Assembly (NCBI RefSeq): GCF_000485595.1
Contig: NW_014577088.1
Coordinates: forward strand, 239,140 to 282,929
Direction of reading: 5' to 3'
DNA from: Priapulus caudatus
Taxonomy: Eukaryota
Length of the DNA stretch: 43,790 nucleotides
Both the position numbers and the translations under genes were made by a program. How positions within the stretch are numbered: position 1 is the first letter of the stretch; each line of letters opens with the position of its first letter. This document shows positions 1-12,138 of this stretch, one piece after another. The notes under the pieces are model-generated. The model did not search any database and was not told the origin of the DNA. It worked only from the letters and a program-made list of their open reading frames with translations.

Positions 1-117
1 ATCTATCTGTCTATCTGTCTATCTGTCTATCTGTCTATCTGTCTGTCTATCTATCTGTCTATCTGTCTATCTGTCTATCTGTCTATCTGTCTATCTGTCT
101 ATCTGTCTATCTGTCTA

Positions 118-176
<59 letters not shown>

Positions 177-220
177 GCCTGCCTGTCTGTCTATCTGTCT
201 GTCTGTCTGTACGTCTGTCG

Positions 221-280
<60 letters not shown>
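1..280. repeat. Compound microsatellite (ATCTGTCT)n / (GTCT)n
   Basis: Direct reading of tandem 8-mer then 4-mer units; the TDRQ-type ORFs here are artefacts of the repeat. Confidence 0.95.
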
Positions 281-1029
281 TTCCGCATGTCTGCCTGTCT
301 GCCCAAGAACGTACGCGCACACACGCTGTCTCTTGCACGTACTCTCCCTTTCACATATTCGCCCTGCCCCTCCCCCTTCGGTGTTATTTTTATTATATTT
401 TGTTCTCGCATGTTCCAACCTATAATGTAATAACCTATTTGCAAGATGTTGATTTTACTATAACTATTCGTTATTTAACTAGAGTATTGTTGTACCTTCG
501 TGTGCGAAATGTCTTGTGATTCTATCGATTCACATATCCACACATTCGATGTACATATTGCTTTGCAATTGTGTTTGCATTACATTGCATCTGTGAAATG
601 GGCCAAGGATGGCCGTTGACGCTATACCGTCCTTGGTGGCCTGGTCAATGTGAAGATGATCCATGCAAATGTACCTGTTTTCCCAATTCTGGATTAAATT
701 CTGCTACGGGTAGATTTGTAGCACAGCATATGTCTGGTAGAAATTCCTGGGCTTGTTGTCGTAAGAATTTAACTCGTGAAGATTTGGGTCAGGCGTAGTA
801 TTTTTGCCTAGTTGGCGAAATCGCGTTCACCGCACGCAAACGTGGGCAAACATTTGGTCTATTTGTGATCATTATCATCTGGACTACGGAGCTCCTCAGA
901 GCGTCTACGGCTGTAATGTTGTCGTACAATGTTACATCGACTGTGCTGCAGCTTGTGCTCATCCGCACGAAGTATGGATGGACGTGGAAAATATTCCTCC
1001 ACGAGTGTATTATAGAGAAGAGAAGAGAA

Positions 1030-1103
1030 GATGGATGGATGGATGGACGGACGGACGCACGGACGGACGGACGCCACGGAGCGGACGGACGGACGGACGG
1101 ACG

Positions 1104-1144
<41 letters not shown>

Positions 1145-1160
1145 TGTATGATAGACAGAT
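1030..1160. repeat. Microsatellite (GATG)n/(GACG)n/(GACA)n
   Basis: Tetranucleotide runs seen directly. Confidence 0.9.
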
Positions 1161-1854
1161 GAATTGTAGAAGCTTTAGGGCTCTGCGGGATTGTGAGGCG
1201 CGTATAGTATTTGTTGACAGTAGTTTCAAAGCTGGCCATGGGCAGCTCTAGATTAAAGGCAACTGCATGCATTCCTGTGGCATTATGGAATGTAGTTCGT
1301 AGAAAATACTTCGCAAAACTCCTTCATGTAAAGGCATGTTTGGAATGCTTTCATTTCATTATCGTGAATAAGTCGTATGATTGATTGATGGGGTTTGTAA
1401 TACGCCAGAAGCGCGATAAATATGGAATCGATGTGTGATTGTTTGAAGAAGTGCTAGCCATGAAATGCGCACGGCCGTTTCGCAGTTTCGTTGAAATCCG
1501 GAAAAAAATCGATCAAGGTTTTACATGACGTAATAACCGTTTTGAATATTCCGGTTCAATACTCATGTAATCCTTTGATTAAATTTGGCAGGACTCACGT
1601 ACCGCTAACGAGGAAAATTGCCCAGTTATAAATTTATCGTGTTTCTGGATTTCTTGATTAACTGTGGTATCTTGCAATCCGGGCGCATATTGGTCATTGT
1701 ATCAGAACCCGTGTATATGGCAAAAGTGCAGGTAGCAGAATGTAACCTATGGCAAATCGATTCTTTGTCCGATTATATTATGTTCTAGCTCGTATCTGTG
1801 GGCAAATGGCGGTATGGTATAAAACTGTAAATAAATTCATTAAAAACAACTCGC

Positions 1855-2114
1855 ATGAGCTGCTTTCTTGTGCACAGATGGCGGCATGCAGTCAAGGAAT
1901 CCCTCTCTCTCTCTCTCTCTCCGCTTCTCTCTCTTTCTCTCTCCGCTTTCTCTCTCTTTCTCGCTCGTTCTCTCTCACTCACACACACTCTCTCTGTATA
2001 TATATACATACTGTAAAGTAACGTGTGGTAATTAGGACTCTCTATGCTGTAATTGAATGTGCTCATAGCTTTTTGACAGTACATGGGCTATGCGGTTAAT
2101 TTGGTTTGTATATA

Positions 2115-2166
<52 letters not shown>

Positions 2167-2541
2167 TGCGTGCGTGAGTTGTGTGTGTGTGTGTGTGTGT
2201 GTGTTGTGTGCGTGCGTGCGTGCGTGCGGTGCGTGCGTGGTGTGTGTGTGTGTGAGTTGCTTCTTGTGCACAGATGGCGGCATGCAGTCCAAGGAATCCA
2301 CATCCTCTCTTCTCTCTTTCGGCTTTACTCTTTCGCTCTCTCTCACTCACACACACACTCTCTGTATAATATTACATATGTAAAGTAATGTGTGGTAATT
2401 AGGATCTCTATGGCTGTAATTGAATGTGCCTCATAGCTTTTGAACAGTACATGGGGGCTATGCGGTTAATTTGGTTGTAATATATGTGTGGTGTGTGTGG
2501 TGTGTGTGTGTGTGTGTGTGTGGCGTGCGTGCGTGCGTGCG

Positions 2542-2573
<32 letters not shown>

Positions 2574-2630
2574 TGCGTGCGTGGCGTGCGTGTGGGTGCG
2601 TGCGTGCGCTGCGTGCGTGCGTGCGTAGTT
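1855..2630. repeat. ~400-bp tandem duplication containing (CT)n, (GT)n and (GCGT)n microsatellites
   Basis: cttgtgcacagatggcggcatgcagtc...gtgtggtaattagga...ggctatgcggttaatttgg occurs at ~1867-2105 and again at ~2262-2475. Confidence 0.85.
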
Positions 2631-3940
2631 TGTACACCTGCTGGCCACAGCAACATTAAACAGATATGGTTTATAATATAGGTAACTATTGTAGGCAGGG
2701 TAGGTAGGATTCATTACGATTACCAGCTTGACACCTACATGCTTATTAAATCCGGAATACATAAGTCATATCTCAATAATCACTATTGAAGGAATTTTCA
2801 CGTGTGTTCTGATTGAGTTGTCATCGCAATGACAATAAAAATTTATAACTCTAGTGCAACCGCAGGAATCGCTTGCAAGGCAAACCATTAATGCTATTTC
2901 TATTAGGGATCGGATTGGGCTATCGTAAATATCATTCGCTTTCTTTATGAAATGAAAACGAATGGCGAAAAGCGATATATTATGAAAATGAAATGCGCGG
3001 TGTTTATATAAGATTAACATATTTCGAGTGACATGTCACAAAGACACAGCAAAACAGCGGTCCATGTTCAAGAAATTTATGCTACATGGCACGCGATGGT
3101 AGACTGTTTATGCTAGCTAAGCTTTACACCTCAGTACATAAGCTTAGTCAGCAACTCTTGACGATTACCAACGTATGCTGACGTATCAAAATTTCTTAAA
3201 ACGCAGGGTACGGCATAACGCTGAACTACTAGATCGATGTTTAGTTTTTCAATTTGGGCGTTTTATCATAGCGTATTCATAACGAGTTTGGACGTATACA
3301 TAGACGTAATTAAGTAAACTTATATAAGAACTGTTTCGATAACTTATATGATAACTTATACAAACGAATGCTTTACTGTGTTGACCAGCGTTCACGAAAA
3401 CTTATGCCCTAACGATAGTCCTAACTTAATTAATGTGCATAGGCGCGGCGTGCAGCGTATTGCCGACGATCACGTGTCATAGCCCTATAAAAGACTTTTG
3501 CGCGCTCGAACGATTCAATCATAACGACGGCACTAACTCAGACACTCAGTCAGTATCAACAATTACCCGTAAGACGTCGCATAATCAACATAGGTCAGAA
3601 CTCACCGTCGGCAGTATGGAGCGCGAACGCATCAGTTCGGTGTCAGTCAGTAATCAACATCAACGTCTTTGGAATGGTCCCGAGAGGACTGATTCTCGGC
3701 GCTATCAGGAAACATCACCGCACCATTGAGCTCTCCTCTTGGACATCACGCACTGTGGTCCTTACTTGGCCCGGTGCTCTATGTCCGAACTGTAAAATCT
3801 TTCGAAGAACGCTGCCAAGAAAGGTTGTCGCCCCTGGACCGTGGCCATGGGAGTGCGGAGCCGTGGGAGCCGACGGGAACGCAAGGGCCAGAGCTAACCA
3901 ATCCATCATCACCCACATCCGCGATGCCACGAACCTGACG

Positions 3941-4235
3941 ATGCCGAGAGGGCGTTGGCAAACCGTGCATCATCTATCGCCTAGCAACAAAGACGCTCAC
4001 CCGCTGATGAGAATGATGCAGGTTCCAACGCCTTCTCGGCATTGGTCAGTGCATCGGTAGCTGGTCCGATTGGCCTCACACCTCCTCTCAGCAACCAATT
4101 GTCAAGAAGGAAGAGGGCCAAGAAGACACAGTTTTGTCCTTGATGTCCAAGAGGAGCAGCTCATGTGCGATTTCTCATTCGCGAGAAACGTCATCCTCTG
4201 GGAACAATCAAAGAAGGACTGACTACCGGAGGGTC
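3941..4235 (+). pseudogene. Harbinger ORF1 (Myb/SANT/MADF-like DNA-binding protein) 5' fragment, frameshifted
   Basis: Reading across frameshifts gives MPRGR... then KRAKKTQF-LDVQEEQLMCDF-IRENVILW-KKTDYRR, resembling the start of a MADF-type domain. It is truncated at the junction with the transposase. Confidence 0.6.
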
Positions 4236-4237
4236 CC

Positions 4238-4835
4238 GGCCATCAAAGTGCCCCACATGTATGGGGAAAGTTCGCATCTTTGGAAAAAAACTTGTCCATC
4301 TATGGCCGGCGCCAACTAATCAGGAACTTTACTTGGGCAACCCAGCCCTCATACCACCGTCGTCATGAATGGCTTGGCCAGAGCTTCTCTGACCACTAGG
4401 GACTGGTGTTGTGAAAGGACCCTCCTCAAAACTTCATCGAGGCATACTTGTTCCGCAGAAGGCAAGGTGACGCAAGCTCAGGGCAGCTTCATGCCAGGCT
4501 CAAGCGGATCCTCCTGTAGAAGGTGTAGCTGTTGTTATCCGTTGGACCCACTCTAGGCTAGCAGAATAGCTCGTCGAACATCGCTGGGGGCATACGCAGG
4601 AAGTTGGTGAGGATCATGGTGCCTCGTTACGGAGTTCCACCATAAGCTGGTCATACATGCCAAACTGCCGTTGCCTCCCGATCCATGGTCTCACCCAGTT
4701 CCTTCTCCTCTGTTCACCTCTTCTTCTCCTGGCTCTATTGGCACGCAACTGGTACAGTGTCAAATCGATGAGGTCATGCTGATGTTGGAGGACAGCTAGT
4801 AGGTATTCTCGTCTCAGCCTAGCCGGATCCTCCAT
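4238..4835 (-). pseudogene. PIF/Harbinger DDE transposase (HARBI1-like) N-terminal fragment
   Basis: Motifs RRNWVRPWIGRQRQFGMYDQLMVELRNE, NFLRMPPAMFDEL, LEPGMKL-LSLRHLAS and NFPHTCGA-DG (first catalytic Asp), interrupted by stops and frameshifts. Confidence 0.88.
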
Positions 4836-6034
4836 CTCTCGGATGACATGGACATCTGCTCACCATGGAGTCTTGAGGAGTACTGACGGGTTCCTCCTGT
4901 GAACCCTGTTTTTATTTACCAATTCCCCTAAACGCTGCCAATACGCCATTATACGGTAGCTGTAAGTTAGAAACACGTTCAGTAAGTTCTGTGGGCGTCA
5001 GGAACACGTCAAATACGTCTACATACGTCAATATGCGTTGGAGATAAGTTCGATATAAGTTACACATAGGTTCAAAGCACGTTACTCATAGGTTAGAAAT
5101 AAGTTTTGGGTACGCTAGACATTATCTGGACGTATTTAGACTTATGAGTAACTTACAAGTAACGTGTGTCAACGTGTGTCAACGATCGCATAACTTACCT
5201 ACAACTTATGCCCCGCGTATGCGGGACGTATGAGCCATACGGTGGCATATACCTTTCGACGACCTCGCCGTAATACGACGTATACCAGCGTGCTTCAGCG
5301 TGCTCTTAACTTATACAAAACTTACCCATAACTTATTCGACGTACGCCAGCGTGTTAGAGAAATTTTGATACGTCGGCATACGCTGGCTAAATCGTCAAG
5401 GTGTGACAGGGCCATAATTGTAATTATTGTTGACTTGATATTTGCTGCCGTAGATATTTTGTAGTGACAATTAAAATGAACAAATTTATTAGATTGCTCA
5501 CATTTATAGGTCGCATGTTGTTCTTATGACATATATTCCCATCCCACCTCCACGTAAACCCTCTGCCTTCACACACGCACCCGAACCTTTCTGTCGGTTC
5601 AAGTCGGAGTCAATTGTTCAGTCGCCTGATTATTTCTTACTGATTTGGCTTGGCAGTTATTACTGAGACTTGTTTACTCCCCAGTGTGCAGTCATGTATT
5701 TATAATGAAGATAATAATAGTGCGGGGGTCACTGCCCGGTTATTGAGGTGTTAGTCAATTATATACCTAAGTAAAACTGCGATGTCGAGGTTGTTGCGTT
5801 GTGATGCTCACTAAGTGTGTGTAGAATTCATATATGCTGCGGAAATTGTCAGAATTCCATTATCTACTCGCGAGCAAGGCATTGTTACTCTATTATATAC
5901 GCAGCCTGATACAATGTTCAGATTAAATTAGTCGCAAGTTTGCTGATTTTTCCTGACAGGGGGTTATCTTCATACTTATCTTTACGCTGTGTAATGGCAC
6001 TCTACAGAAAATAACCTAGCGTATTGATTTGCAG

Positions 6035-6098
6035 CTAAAATGATGGCAGGGCAAACTGCAGAACCGATTGCTGGGGTTGAAAAACCACATGTCAGCAG
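6035..6098 (+). CDS. ITPRID2: ITPRID/SSFA2-like protein, internal exon
   Basis: ttgcag acceptor, gtgggt donor; reads KMMAGQTAEPIAGVEKPHVS; phase-2 end matches the next exon. Confidence 0.6.
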
Positions 6099-6492
6099 GT
6101 GGGTGCATTATGAGAATTTAACGTCATATATATTATTTATTAGTTTATTTATTGTAATATAATGTACGGATTTATTTAATATTCGTCTTTATTTTTTCCC
6201 CATATACACTTCTAAATGTATACGCATACAGTGTACTTTATTTTATAAATGTGATGCGGATAGGGTTGCACTTAATTTGTGTTTAAATATTTAAGATGAA
6301 ATGAACATTCGTTAAGTTGCATTCATCAAATTAGCATTTTGTGTGATCTGGAGATGAAAGAAATGAGAGTATCCCAATTATCATACAATATAATGCAGTG
6401 CGTTTAGAAATATCTACATCCATCCTAGAAGCGTAATTTCCCGTGTGGCTGAATGTTTCTGTTTTTTGAAATTTATATCTGACTATCAATAG

Positions 6493-6675
6493 CTGCAGTA
6501 GCAACAAGGAGAACCCAGTGATTCCAGATAACGAGGAGAAAACATTGAACAAGAAATTTGCTGACATTATGAGAACGAAAAGGAAGAAACTAGTGCAGAT
6601 GAACAAAATGCAAGACAGCATGGCCTCGGAATCCACAACGTGCACTAGAAACTCAGCAGTGTCCAGTGTGTCCAG
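6493..6675 (+). CDS. ITPRID2: ITPRID/SSFA2-like protein exon (leading into the KRAP IP3R-binding domain)
   Basis: aatag acceptor, gtatct donor; CSSNKENP...STTCTRNSAVSSVS joins in frame to SVEDLL. Confidence 0.8.
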
Positions 6676-6829
6676 GTATCTTGAATAATTCACCATGAAA
6701 CAGTTAGTGTATGCGCGTGGTGCAACTGGCGCAATATAAAATGTTGTTTTGACCATCTCGTGTGTACGTGTGCATGTGCATGCATGTGTCCGAGCATGCG
6801 AGCGCGTGTGCACGAGCATGTGCCTGCTT

Positions 6830-7032
6830 GCGTGGATGGGTGAATGGATGGATGGGCGGAAGGACAGACGGACGGATGGATAAAGACAGACAGACCGGCG
6901 GGAGGGGCGGGGGCGGTTGGACGGGTTGGCGGCGGGCAGGCAGGCAGATAGATGGACAGACAGGCAGACAGACAACAGACAGACAGACAGACGTACAGAC
7001 AGGCAGACAGACAGACAAACAAACAGATAGAT
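6830..7032. repeat. Intronic compound tetranucleotide microsatellite (GATG/GACA/GGCA)
   Basis: Seen directly. Confidence 0.85.
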
Positions 7033-7432
7033 AAATATTTCAAGCCATCGATTTGTGGAGCCGGTGAAAATTCAAAATTAGGTTTGTGGTCGAATTGGTC
7101 CATTAATATTGCAGTACGTGGTATCGTGATACACTGCATCCCTGTCTAGCGGAATAATAATGGAACCTTACAGAGGCTTTCACTTAGTGTAGTGAGACGG
7201 ATTTTCAGAAATCAATCACTCAAGAAAGGACTCAAATGTATCCATCAATGTGATAGTATCGCCAAGAAACGGGATGATGTGAATAAAACAGCCATTCTCT
7301 GTGATGTTATTGCTTTTGAGAGTTGTTATGGTGATCCTTGTGGAAGAAAGCCACGACGAAGTCCTGAGCTGTAGCCGTCAAAGAAATTTTCCATTGATAG
7401 GCAATAAATAATGAATCCGTTTTGCATTGCAG

Positions 7433-7569
7433 CGTTGAAGATCTTCTAAATATGAGGAATGGCGATCCAGAAGATATTCTCATTAACCTTGGATTTGGAG
7501 GAACAGGAACGTCTGATACATTGTCTATGATACCTGAACGGTTTCTGAACAAACCAAGTCAGATAAGAG
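7433..7569 (+). CDS. ITPRID2: ITPRID/SSFA2-like protein exon, core KRAP IP3R-binding motif
   Basis: VEDLLNMRNGDPEDILINLGFGGTGTSDTLSMIPERFLNKPSQIRG matches the recalled family signature (SELL...DPEEILxxLGFG...IPxRF...S.AxG); ttgcag/gtaatg splice sites. Confidence 0.9.
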
Positions 7570-7931
7570 GTAATGGCAAATTTTGTTAAGAGCACTCACT
7601 AATTTAGTAATTTCATAAGGTTAATCACAAACTACTTCTTCAAATCGGTCATTTTATTGTTTGGCATAGATATCTGATAAGGCTGCTATCTTAGTAAATA
7701 CTCATATATGCGTTTCTGTTTAGGAAATTATGTAATTTGATTTTTAATTCAGTAGATCATTTAAAATCTAAAAGCATTAATATGCTGCATAAAAAGCTCT
7801 CATGGTGACACTGCAAACGCTGTAGCATGATAATGGTAACAGTCTGAGGCAGAGGTAATCCATATCTCCCAAATAGCCATCTGTAATCGGAAGAACGGTC
7901 GCAGTAACGTGCGCTGCAATCTTTGACGCAG

Positions 7932-8018
7932 GTGTGAGCATCGAAGACTTCATGAGTCATCAGGAGGAGAAGATGAGTCTCTATGATTCGGGCTTCTCCG
8001 GCTACCGAGGCCTCTCAG
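7932..8018 (+). CDS. ITPRID2: ITPRID/SSFA2-like protein exon (end of IP3R-binding domain)
   Basis: acgcag acceptor; GVSIEDFMSHQEEKMSLYDSGFSGYRGLS; gtcagt donor at 8019 is in phase with the exon at 10849. Confidence 0.85.
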
Positions 8019-8857
8019 GTCAGTTGTGCGCCTCGTGGCGTGGCTTATCGTCTCCCTACTCGCCGTTGCTCTCCCGCGGGAGGCCCCGCAGCGAGTACGG
8101 CACGGTGGCAACGCAGCGACGTAGCCGCAGCGCCGGCCCGCTGAGGACTACTGTCTCGAAATCCACTAGCGTTTCTACGTGTACTCGGAAAGCTTGCGTT
8201 TCGCCGACCTGTGGTGATGGGAAACCACTAACCGGTGACGTCGTAGCTAGCCGTCTAACATGTGGTGAGGGGGAGTGTCGTGGTGGTGGTGGTGGTGGTG
8301 TGCGTGCGCTCGCTTCCAGTAACCGTCTGTCTCCTTCGACTAATGTGGCCGTCAACTATACTAACATCGATTCTATGCATGGCGCGCAGATTAGTGGCGC
8401 GCCCGTGAGCATACCCACTGTGTGGGTCGCCGGTGCTTCCGCGTGCCGAAAACAGATGCGGAAAGCGTACTCCGTCGACGACGGCGAAAACACGAGCCAT
8501 CTAGCGGCGGAGTCGTTGCGCGCCGAGCATCTTGCCTTTACGAACCAGCCGTGCAGCATCCGCAGCCGGCGACATCCGCCTAGCTACAGTCAGGCTATTA
8601 AGCGATCAGCTGCCATTCACAGCAGTGCTTCCGGGGCAGTGCCGCCGACGTCCTCCGTCGATGCCGGCGGCATGGCAGATGCTATGCACTCGCCTTCCGT
8701 GCTGTCGCGGTCGCCCGAGCGCAGCAGAAGCAGGGCGGCGAATCGACTGTCAGTGTTGCGAAAGCAAGAAACCACTGAGAGTCGCAGCAGTTACTCGTCC
8801 AGCAGTTCCACTCCGCCGGCCAACAGAAAGAAAGTGATTAGATCTGTGCTTGTATAG
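8019..8857 (+). CDS. Putative alternative C-terminal coding extension (read-through of the donor at 8019)
   Basis: Frame stays open ~279 codons past the donor, is Ser/Arg-rich and GC-rich like the other exons, ends KKVIRSVLV*, and is followed by AT-rich UTR-like DNA. Confidence 0.6.
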
Positions 8858-10848
8858 TGAATGCTCTGGCTGCAGCGTCTGATGGCACTGTAGCAAAGAC
8901 TGAGTAAACGCTACTCGTGCTCACGTAAACGCTGCTCTGTGGACTAATCGTGGGACAGTAGAAATGTTGACAGCGTTTATGGCAGGGGGCTGTCACGTCG
9001 TCAAGATTCATGTGATTGCTTTATATAGTCACTATACACGGTCCTTAGGTCGCTCCCATGTGCAATTAAAGGCATTTATGTTTGTTATAAGCAGTTCTAC
9101 TCGGTAGGAAGGTTTACTGTTTAGTTTATGACAACAGACTTATGGTTTAATAATTAATTGGAAAGTGCTACTAAATTGTTCTTTTTTTTCATTGATATTT
9201 TTAACTGTTTTTACATTTGGCAGTCAGCATTTTAAGTTGCGGTGACACATAGAATTCATGCTGGAATATTAGTATACTATATACACAAAATCTGTTATCT
9301 TTAAGTAATTTCATGTCATGACAGTGCAAATGAATTTTAAGAATTTGACATTTAAATTACGTTCAATACATAAAGTTATGATTTTGATCAATGCAAGTTT
9401 AAATTAATAGAGATTCTATACAAGCAGTGATAAATATATACAGAGAGTATCATAAACCTTGTTGGAAATTTGCTATTCAAATGAGGCATTTCGTGAGCTG
9501 AATAATTTCTCAAATTTATGCAGCACGAATTCACTAGCTGTCTCAAATTATAATTCCCTCACCTTCAGGCAGAGATGCTCTAATCACTTGAGACTTGAAC
9601 AAACATGTTAATGGCAGCGTCTCTTTAGTTTAATGGCAATACAAATTTAAATCTGGTTAATGATAAAATTGTATGCTTAACTGTTAAATATATTTAAATT
9701 GTCCAAATACATTGAAAATGGGGAAATAATATTTCTGATAAATCTTTACAATATGTGAAAATTGATTATCTAGTAACAAAAATGCACTTTAACTGGGAAA
9801 TCGGTTTTAATATTGCTCTTTTCTCAAATCTTATTTTGTAATATAGTGCACACTATTAAGTAGTAGACACTTAGCTAGCTAGCTTAGTTGGTATCAGTCT
9901 ATTATTGCTGACTATATCAGTCTATACGGGCTATTGTTATTATTGCAGTTGTTATTATCTCCGTTATTGTTAATTTTATTGAACCATATTGCAACTGATA
10001 TTTGTCATAATAACGTGCATTTGTTTAGCACGATTGTGTTGCGGAAATATTTACTTAATGTTTATCATTCTAAAACGGCTAGGCTTGTTCATAAAATTAG
10101 TTTCACGGTTGTGTGGGAAGGTGAAGCCATGTATTTTACTATATCTAGCCTTTCATAATGTTGATATGCATCTAACGGTATGTTTCAATAATGGTGCTAC
10201 TAATAAATTTTTTAAATTCTATCTTGTTAAATCTGACTTGGCATATTAACTCTGTCTTTGTATAGTTTTTATCTGTAGCAGGTTCATCTGTCTGTGACGC
10301 CTGTTAGATGTTTTCCAAATGGCACAATCTTAGCAGTCTTTTCAGATAAATATTTTTATTTTTATTTTTATTTATTATCTTTTAAAATGCTCTTACTGTG
10401 TAAAAGTTTACAGTTGAGACTGTGTCATAGATACTTTTAGGTGAATGTTTTTGCATGGCCTTTTGGGTGTTTCTTAATGTGTGCACGTTTTCGTTTATGC
10501 TTTTCTCTCTTCCAGCATTTCTAATTAATAAATTTAGTGATAAGCATTGAAACCAAATCTTTTCTGATTGCTGCATATTTAAAAATGATATTGTGTTGCA
10601 TACTTACAATGTGGTTATATTTGGTTTTGATTATTTACTAGCAGTTGATCCAATTAATAAAATATTATTTTTGCATTTTATTCCGTCATCAGGACTGCTA
10701 AACATACATTTCCTAACAATTCATTTGTTGTCACGATGAATTGAATGCATTGCCTTTCCACGTTTTTTCGATGCACGACTTCGCACGAAACGTTGTTGTT
10801 TTTATTTATTTCCGTTCTCGATGTATTGAGTTGTCTCTCCCACCGCAG

Positions 10849-11837
10849 ATTGCATGAGGTCTACGCACAGCCATCGCGACAGTGTCATTGACAGGCTCGT
10901 CAAGCACATAGGCAAGAATAGACGGGCGCAGCGAGCGTCGTCAGTAGTGAGTGCCCACGCGCACAACGGGGGCGGCTTCGGCGACGTCGTCGTCGCCGCA
11001 GTCTACAAGAACGCCGGCATGAGCGTGCGTCTGCAGCGGCTCACCAGCATTCTGAACCCGGCCAATCGCGAGGCGCTGACGAAGAAGAAAAGGGAAGGAT
11101 CCCCGAACAGGGACCGCAGCGATTCGACCCGAGGTCGTGGCCTGTCGATCGGCGCGGAGGACGACGTGTTCTTCGACCCCAGGTTGGCCGGGGCAAAGGT
11201 TAGGAAGAGGAAGACGAGCGTGGACGTGCAGAGGGACCGCAAGAAGCTTCTCGGGCACCTGAGCAAGCAGTGGCAGTTCGGGCACAACGAGCAGCAACTC
11301 GAGTTCGGTAGCCGCCGGCGATCGCGCATCGAAGCGCCGTGTCTCGTGAAGCAGGAGAAACTCGACGAGACGACCGGGAGCTATGTGTTAGTGGTGGAGG
11401 AAGAGATGGAGCCAATGGAGGTGTCAGCGCAGGAGGAGTCACCGGTGCAGGAGGGGTCACCGGTGCAGGAGGGGTCACCGGTGCAGGAGGAGTCACCGGT
11501 GCAGGAGGAGTCACCGGTGCAGGAGGGGTCACCGGTGCAGGAGGAGTCACCGGTGCAGGAGGGGTCACCAGTGCAGGAGAAACCGCAGCAGCATAATGAG
11601 GAGATATCTGTTGATGCTGTTACTCCCCTGCCTGTCAGCGAGTCGCCATTGAGTGAGTGTGATGAAGTCATTACTAAAGATGACGTCGGCGTTGAAGATG
11701 AGGTTGTGACCGTGGTGGAGCCGGTCGTCGATGTGGTTTCTTCGGAGGAGAATGGCGTACTGTCAGTCTCGACCATCAGTAAGAGGATGACACTCCGGGA
11801 GATGAATCTCCAGCAAGACTCTTTCGAACTTGAAGAG
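10849..11837 (+). CDS. ITPRID2: ITPRID/SSFA2-like protein, large exon
   Basis: ccgcag acceptor; long ORF ending in the family-like QQDSFELEE; gtaacg donor. Confidence 0.85.
11430..11580 (+). repeat. Coding 18-bp tandem repeat encoding (QE[E/G]SPV)x8
   Basis: caggagg[a/g]gtcaccggtg units in frame. Confidence 0.95.
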
Positions 11838-12101
11838 GTAACGCATTTAGCGAGCAGTGTGATTTCATTTGTGTATGTGCAGCGTGCGCTTGTTGCTGTG
11901 TGCACCTGCCTATGTGTGAGCGCGTCGATGTGTTCTGTATCCGCATAGGCTCCATATCGTGTTAGTATTGGGGAATGATGCCTTATTTCATGTACAAACC
12001 AAATGAATTGATGAATTAGTCTGTTTTGCTCAGTAGGTGTCACCACTAGTATGCTTTGCAGTCTCGGTTACTTGGTTCATATATATGCGTTTCTATTGCA
12101 G

Positions 12102-12138
12102 ATTGACAGTAGAGCTGCTACTCCGGCACGATCTCAGT
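12102..12138 (+). CDS. ITPRID2: ITPRID/SSFA2-like protein micro-exon
   Basis: ttgcag acceptor, gtgagt donor; IDSRAATPARSQ; phases 0 and 1 bridge the flanking exons exactly. Confidence 0.7.

Larger units (their letters stand above)
3141..5413. mobile_element. Internally deleted PIF/Harbinger DNA transposon
   Basis: Imperfect TIRs: left ...cttgacgattaccaacgtatgctgacgtatcaaaatttct; right agaaattttgatacgtcggcatacgctggctaaatcgtcaaggtgtgacagggcc. The same 3-mer (ata) flanks both ends (3138-3140, 5414-5416). Convergent Myb/SANT-like and DDE transposase remnants lie inside. Confidence 0.85.

Noticed and set aside
99..2762. Many ORFs rich in TDRQ, CVCV or HTHT
   Set aside because: They are translations of stop-free microsatellites
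6331..6975. 214-aa hydrophobic minus-strand ORF resembling a membrane protein
   Set aside because: It is the antisense shadow of a Lys/Glu-rich exon plus microsatellite
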